Of a stretch of DNA of 64,000 bases, positions 55,921 to 64,000 are shown one piece after another. The stretch is taken from assembly GCF_009914755.1 (NCBI RefSeq), contig NC_060936.1; one strand, written 5' to 3'. The notes beneath the pieces are model-generated. The model searched no databases. It was not told the DNA's origin and saw only the letters and a program-made list of their open reading frames with translations. The position numbers were made by a program, and so were the translations under genes. Numbering within the stretch: position 1 is the stretch's first letter; each line of letters starts with the position of its first letter. The DNA comes from the human T2T-CHM13v2.0 reference genome, Homo sapiens.

Positions 55921-56975
55921 CGGTGTTGTTATATAACTCCTCTCCCCTCATTTTCCTCCTACCTCTTGATTTTTTGTGTGTGGACTCCTTCTGCTAATGC
56001 TGATGTTTGCCTGGGTTCTCTCAAACTTTTAAATAATTTGACTCTCAACCATTTGGATGACATTGGTTAGATACCTCCCAGATGCTAAACAATGACCCCA
56101 TGTGCAGAGTCAGTCTCGTAGTGGGAGACCTGTAAACTGGAGCAAGAAAGTTTTCAGAGTTGTAAGTAGAAGTGTGGGGTGTGCCTGGGCATGAAGATAA
56201 TAATAATGGCACTTTATGTGAATTAGCTCAGTTAATCTTCACAGCAACTTTTAAGACATTGATCCAAAGTCAGCCCTATATTCATTTGAAGAAGTTGAGG
56301 CACAGATAGGTTAAGGAACTTATTTAGGGAGTGTAATGAGAGCTAAGCCTAACTGTGGAATGTGGGAATCAAATGGGGTGAGAAGACATGAGAGCCTAGG
56401 ACATCATTTCCCCTCCCATGACTTCATCTTTATTCAGGTGACTCCCACATAGAAATCACCAGTTAGAACTTCTTTCTTGCATGTGCTATGCTTGTATAGT
56501 TAGCTGCCAGACTATCTGTATGCTCTTCTCTCTTTGTGTTAGCATCACAAACTCAATGTGTCCAAAACAACCCCCATCTTCCTCTCCTGTCCCTGTTTTC
56601 TATAGAGTATCTCCAACTACTGAGCTCTAACTATGTTCCAGGCTCTAGCCTTAACCCAGGGTTACTAGAACGAATAAGATCTCCCGCTGTTTCTGTGACA
56701 GATGGCAGAGTCAGCTGGAGGAGACAGACTCCTAAATGGAGAATTATAATGCAGTGTTGTAGGGAAGGGCTGGGTAGGGTAAGGGATGGGCCAAAACAGT
56801 TTCCTGGAGGAGGAGATTGGGAGAAGGCCAACTGGGAGAAGGAGGTCATTCCAGGGAGCAACAGCAACATGAATGAAGATGAAGGGGAGAAATGTCAGGG
56901 GTGTGAAGGCAGCCACTAGTAGCATGGTGCTGGTAGGTGGAACATGACATCTGAAACAGAGTGGCTAGAGGTTGA

Positions 56976-57377
<402 letters not shown>

Positions 57378-57539
57378 TGACCTTGAGCAAATTAATTCAC
57401 CTTCTGTGTCTCAGTTTTCTCATCTGTAAAATGAGGTCACTAAGAAGTTAAAATGCAATAGTACTGTCAAGTGCGCAGGAGCAGTATGTAGTGCTCAGTA
57501 AGCATTAGGTATTATTATCAACTCCTGCTCCTAGCCAGT

Positions 57540-58162
57540 ATACTCTCAATCACCAAGTCCTGTTGGTCCTTTTTCCTTAACATCTTTCAACTTTGCTTTC
57601 TCCTTGCCCTGCCCTCTGTTCTTATGCTAGTCCAGGCCACCATCATTGCCCACTTTGGCTGCAACAGTGGCCTCCCAACTGGTTCCTCTGCTTCTAGTCC
57701 TGGCTTCTTTGAATTACACTTGCAAATCTGATCCTGTTGTTCCTTGTTTAAAATTCTCCAGTGGCTCTTCTCTGTGTAGGGCTAAAAATTGAACTTCCTG
57801 CCCTTCTCTCTTGTTGCCTTTGACCCTAGCATCCCACCCTCTGGGCGGGAGGTTGTTTGAGGCCTTCTCAGGTTTCTGGACCTTGATGCATGCTCTGAAC
57901 GACTCCCTCCTTCTTTACAAGGCCCCCTCTCTTTTCCCCTTGACATTCTCTGTCTGACTTGGTGCTTCCTCTGGGACTTCTTAGGGTAAGCCCTTTCCAT
58001 AGCAGGTTCTAATTTTGTACTGCGGTGAGTAATCCCCTCTGTGGGTTGTAAAACTCAGATGACAAGGACCAGCTATTTTATCTTTGTGTTCCTTGTGCCT
58101 CGCACAGTGCCTGGCACATAGTAGGTGACCAGTACTTGGGTGTGTGACTGAGGGAGTGAATG
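57540..58162 (+). mobile_element. L2 3' region
   Basis: tagtccaggccaccatc; cacagtgcctggcacatagtagg; gagtgaatg tail. Confidence 0.65.
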
Positions 58163-58622
58163 GAGTATAGTAGGGGGCAGTACACCATGCGGAAGTTTTA
58201 AAAACTCCTTTTTCCTATTGCAAATAATAAGCATAATAACTTTTACCCTTCAGAAAAGACAAACAAGCAAAAGAATAAAAGCATCCAGACTACATGGTGA
58301 GATCAGGTACATGCTAGCTGGCTGGGACTTATGCTTTACCTACTAGATAAATCCAAGGAGCTCTTTAATGACTTCTCTTGTTTTTTCCCTACACCACCTG
58401 ACATGCTTGTTATTATGCAAGCAAGACACTCATGGTCAACATCGATTAGGATCCTTTTGATTAAGAAGCTGCAGCAAAGCATGTACAGATTATTTTTTGA
58501 CCTTCAGCCCTTCATATTTTGTAAATTTCTTTGTGGGGTAAAATTAAATTAAAAAATTTTTTTGATTCTGAGAAGCAGCATTTTAATTCTTTCCTTTAAA
58601 ACGTTATGTTTTTTTGTAACAG

Positions 58623-59256
58623 TGTCATAGTCTGCTCTGGGCTGCTATATAACAAAATGCCAAAGTCTGGGTGGCTTAAACAACAGACATTTATTTCTCA
58701 TAGTTCTGGAGGCTGGAAGTCCCTGTTGGAGGTGGTGGCAGATTTAATGTATGGTGAGGGCCTGTTTCCTGGCTTGTAGATAGTCATCTTCTTGCTGGAT
58801 GCTCACGTGGCCTTTCCTTGGTGTGTGCTCAGGGACAGAGTGGGATCTCTGTCTCTTATAAGGGAACTGATCCCATCACCGGGGGCCCATCCTCATGAAC
58901 AAGAAGATAGAAGAGATAGAGATTACCCAGCTAGGAGGAAAGAATAGGTCTTGAATATTAACTTTTTTCGTAAACCTATAAAATACACGGGAAACGTGGA
59001 CTAAATCAACACATTGATATTTCTGAGGAACACACTCATGTATACATGTACATACACAAGTTTACACAAGTAAACTACATTTTTTTCTTACTAGTCAGTT
59101 CTCTAGAACCTTTTATAAACAATTTAGAGTGCTTTTAAAAATCTAAAATCTAAACCCAATTATGTCCCAAATGCCCCATCCCCAAATACTATCACACTGG
59201 GGGTTAGTGAGGGCCTTAACATATGAATTTTGGGAGGACACATTCAGCTCACAATA
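58623..59256 (-). mobile_element. MLT1A-like LTR interrupted by a ~250-bp templated insertion
   Basis: ggctgctatataacaaaat..ggtggcttaaacaacag..cctcatga | insert | atctaaacccaatta..aacatatgaattttggg. Confidence 0.8.
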
Positions 59257-60595
59257 AGTAACAATGTGGATTTTTCTACTAGAATGTAGTCCTAGACACA
59301 CAGTCCACAGCTCCCAAGGAAGTTTCTAGAACAAACAATTTAAAATAGGCTTTGTGAGTGCTTACTGTGTGTCAGGCACTGTTGTAGGTTCAGGAAGCAA
59401 AACAAAAACAAACAAAAAACAAAAAACCAAAAAAACCTTGCCTGTTTCATGGATCTTATGATGTAATAATAAGGCATGAATCTTTACCTCCTGAAGATAA
59501 TGAAAACAGAATATAAGATTTTCAACAGTGAATCAAGTAGGTGTAAGTAGGAAAGGAAAGGCTTTTCTCTAATTAGGGTTCATGAAAGGGCTTTTGTCAC
59601 AGTGCCTGCTGCTAGAAGTGGAATCAAAGGGACGCCGGGATAATGAGCACCAGACACAGTATTTAAAATGCAGGAAAGGTGATTCAAGTATTTGAAAGCT
59701 TACGGGAGGCTTTGGCAAACATTTCTTGTGCCTTCTATGCATTAGGCTGAGACAGGGTTTGAGGATGCAAGATGAGTAAAAGATGGCTTTGCCCTCTGGG
59801 AGTCTGGGTCTCACTCAGGTCTGATGCAGGTTGCAGAGGAGAATACTACTAGAACTATTACTACTTCAACTAGTATCTCTCCTGCCTGTCTTCTAGTGAA
59901 GTGGCACATAATAAATGAAAAAACGTTATGAAAACAGCAATACTGTCTTTGTTTTATGATAGTAACAAAGAGATCTGTTTGCATAGGAAAAGCTCTTTCC
60001 AGTGGAAACACACTTTATATCCTCTGATTGATTTTTCAGCACCTTAGGGAGAGACCTCCCAAGCCACCACTTTCTACCTAGGACCAGCCTGTGTCTACTA
60101 TATGTTTTTTGAATGGAAGAATTTCAGTCACAACAAAAAGAAAGTCCAGGCCCAGGGAGGTTAGGTGAGGAGATAGAGATTACCCAGCTAGGAGGAAAGA
60201 ATAGGTCTTGAATATTAACTTACACAGCAAACATGGACTAAATCAACACATTGATATTTCTGAGGAATACCCACATGTATACATGTACATACACAAGTGA
60301 ACTACATTTTTTTCTTACTAGTCGGTTCTTTAGAACCTTTTATAAACAATTTAGATTGCTTTTTAAAAAATCAGATGCAGTAAGTAGTTATAACTCACTC
60401 TATACAATAAACATATATTTTGTAAATTAAATGGTATTTCTAGTGCGCCAGTGTAGGTAGTTATTAAAGGAATCAGATGGTGAATATTTTTGCAAAGTCA
60501 GTAGTTATGCATCATTCTTCTGTTTGGTAAGTTCTTGGCTTTCATCTGTCCCTGTATATAAGCAGGCTTGTAATATGTTTTGAAAGGTTTAATGA

Positions 60596-61037
<442 letters not shown>

Positions 61038-61910
61038 GGAAATTGCTATCTTAACTGTCAACCTGGCCTATGCCTAAAATAAGGACTTTGGAGCTTCATA
61101 GTTTATAAACAATAATCAAGCAATTATAAGAATTAGTGAAATTTCCCCAAATCAGAGTGAAACGGATGACATGAAGATGAATAACTTAAAACAATTGCTT
61201 CAGTAAATGCTACTTACTTCTTGGGCTAGACTCATGTCAGGATATCAGTTCTGGTTCTCCCACTTTCTAGTTGTGTGATGAAGAGCAAATGACTTAACCC
61301 TCCAGGTGCCATTACCTCAATAGAAAAGAAAGGGAAGGAGCCCATCATTCTTGTATTTCTAGCAATCTGAGCGGTCACCCCTCAGAACCCAGCCTGGGTT
61401 TGGCTGCCAGTCTAACTTGCCATTTACCTCGTGATGTGAAAGCCACTCAGCATTTCCTATTATGATTGTCAGGTAATTCTCTCAAGTAATGTCCTCTCAC
61501 CTGAAATTACTTGGAGATGGACTTCTCCTCATGGTAGTTACGTGATGTGTTCATTTTGTGATAATTTTCACTGAGTTGTGCACTTGGGATTTGGGCATTT
61601 TATTGTATCTGTGTTAAACTTCAGTAAAAAAAAAAGTCCTTTCTTTTTATTTTTAAGGCCCTTCTGCCTTGGGGCAGGTCTTTCTTAAAAAGAAGCTCTT
61701 TGAATCACACGATGCATGCCATTTCTCTTCTCAGCCTCAGTCTATGAATATTCTGAACTAATCTATTTCTTGTGTTTCTCCCTTCCTGATTACACTTGTA
61801 ATTCTCCCATTCCTAGCGCAGGGCAGATCATACAGGTCCTTAAAAAGTCTTTGGTTGATTCCTAAGGCCTTGAGAGTTTTGCTTATGGGCCTTAAAGTTA
61901 AGCTGTAGAT

Positions 61911-62085
61911 CAGTGCTGCTCAGTTTAATGAGACTGCAAATCATTTGGATATCTTGTGAAAATGAAAATACTGATTTAGTAGCTTCGGGGGAGCCTGGAA
62001 TTCTGCATTTCTAATGGACTCTCAGGTGGTGCAGCTGCTGCTGTTCAAGAGACTGCACTCGGAGGAGCAGGGTGGTAGAGAACAG
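61911..62085. mobile_element. MER5-like hAT-Charlie MITE
   Basis: cagtgctgctca..tctgcatttctaa..ctcaggtg..gctgctg..cactcggaggagca. Confidence 0.65.
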
Positions 62086-62409
62086 TAGTTGGTGCTTATA
62101 TAGTGAATGCTACCATGACTTATGCATGTGAACTGTATAAAGTGGCCCTGGTTAAAGGAACTAGACTTGGAATTCTGTTCTTTTAATTTAGACATTTTTG
62201 GTTGTGTTTTGCTTGATAGAAATATGCTTATATTCTCTGTTTTGTTTGGCCAGTAGTGCAACATTAAAAAAACTTTGAAAAAAATTGGTAATTTATACAC
62301 ACACACACACACAGAAAAGTGCAGATAATAATATTTAATAGTTGCCCCGGGACCCCCCCCCGCCCATTCCCTAAAAAGGACTTCTACTCTGATTTTTATC
62401 ATCACAGAT

Positions 62410-63525
62410 TAGGGTTGAAAAACATGGCCTGTAATGATATTGATTTATTTTTTAATTGTTGAGATTTGCTTTATGGTCTAAAGTATGGTCAAGTTTTATA
62501 ATACTTCACCATGGGCTTAAGAAGAATATATATTCCCTGACTGTCAGATGAAGCATTCAGTAACTGTCCATTAAATTGAGATTAATTGTACTGTTCAAAT
62601 TTTCAGTGTTTTTACTAAAATTTTTCTTGCCCAAGCAATCAGTTATTAAGTATGTTAAAATCATTCTTCTCATGGTAGGTTTGTCTGTTATTCCCTGTAG
62701 TTCTGTTAATTTTTGCTTCATAGGTTTCAGATTATTTTATTCTGGCCATATAGATTTAACATTTGTTTATACCTTCTTGGATAATTGAACCCTGAACCTT
62801 TCATCATTATTACTCACCACCTTTATCCTTAATAATGCTTTTTGTCTTAAAGCCTTTTTCCTAAAAGTAATATAGGTACCCTGGCTTTATTTTGGTTAGT
62901 ATCTGCTTGCTGCATCTTTATAAATATTTTACTTTCAACATTTGTGTCCTTAGGTTTTAGATGTTTCTCTTACAAACAGCATTTAGTTTTTTTTGGTTGT
63001 TGTTTTTAGAAATCCATCTCATAGTCTCTTAAATAGCAAATTTAGACCATTAACATGTATTGTTATTACTACTATATTTGAACTTATTTTTAACCATTTT
63101 ACTTTGTTCTTTCTCTGTATTTTTCCTATGATTTTCCCCCTCATTTATTTCCTTTATCAAAGTTGAACTTTTTTGTTATATTCCTTCTCCCACTGTTCCT
63201 CACCACCCTACCCCATCCTTACCCCTTTGAACACAACTAACTGGTTTGGAAATGTAGTCTATTTCTGCTGTTTTAATAATTGCCCTTGTACTTTTACTTC
63301 AATCTTACTTAACAAATTCTACACCTATTCATTATATTTTGTTTAACTAACTCTAAATTTAATATGTTAACCTCTCCTCCAAACAATACTTTGAGCACCC
63401 AGCTCCTGGCTTGTATTCTATTATTATTTAGTATTTTACTTTTATTCTTTTTTTAAACCCTCCTATATTAGACATTAAAATTATTTTATATTGACAGTAG
63501 AGTTGCCCACATATTTACAAGAATT
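62410..63525 (-). mobile_element. Old L1M fragment
   Basis: T-rich antisense L1 motifs (tgttgagatttgctttatgg; tgaagcattc; tagttctgttaatttttgctt). Confidence 0.65.
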
Positions 63526-63884
63526 CCACATTCAGTGGAAAGACATAAATAGGCACTGTGTTTTCTTTTTCGTGGCGGTTAGGATGAAAGGTAAGATAGT
63601 TTAATTGTTGAGATGGGCTTTATTTTCTTTTGTTATAAGATTGTGTTGTTTATGAACACGCCCCCAAATAATTTGAGATAAATAAAATGTGTGTAGTTTT
63701 GTCCACACTTTTTCGCTAAGCAGTCCTCTGAAAACAGTAGATCTTGTTCTGTATGGAGCCTCAATGCTTAGCACATCAGATAACTGACTGTCAAAGATGT
63801 AACACCAGATACAGGAGGAACCTGCCTAACCCAACTTGTGATATTAATCTGTCCTCCTGTCTTTGCCTCTGCTCTCAATTGCTT

Positions 63885-64000
63885 TTCTAGTGTAAGACAA
63901 ACCTGGATTCTGATTCCAGCTTTGTGACTTCCTGTGAGTGTGACTCTGGGCAAGTTCTTTAATTTTTTGAGCCCCTAATTCCTCATCTGCATAATAGAGT
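63885..64000 (+). mobile_element. MIR (partial)
   Basis: tgtgactctgggcaagtt..cctcatctg. Confidence 0.7.

Overview
Primate, very probably human, genomic DNA: AluJ/S/Y, L1PA, THE1/MST, MIR and L2 repeats dominate the window. There is no complete protein-coding gene, and the ORF track is almost all Alu/L1/LTR or low-complexity noise. The one clear gene feature is a CpG-island promoter (~51.5-53.3 kb) with a probable plus-strand first exon ending ACG|gtaact at 52939. That exon contains a strong-Kozak ATG (MASLTAY-); I could not identify the gene. The first ~51 kb is intergenic or intronic repeat mosaic, including a two-LTR THE1 element, a four-layer nested L1/L1/MST/MST stack, a twin-primed L1PA, a fossil hAT transposase 3' end and a strong CTCF site. 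The most unusual signal is four local templated-insertion or snap-back scars inside old repeats, plus a 2514-bp-offset duplication with a 65-bp identical core. I found no convincing novel biological system. Repeat subfamily names come from memory of consensus sequences, and boundaries are approximate unless TSDs are quoted.
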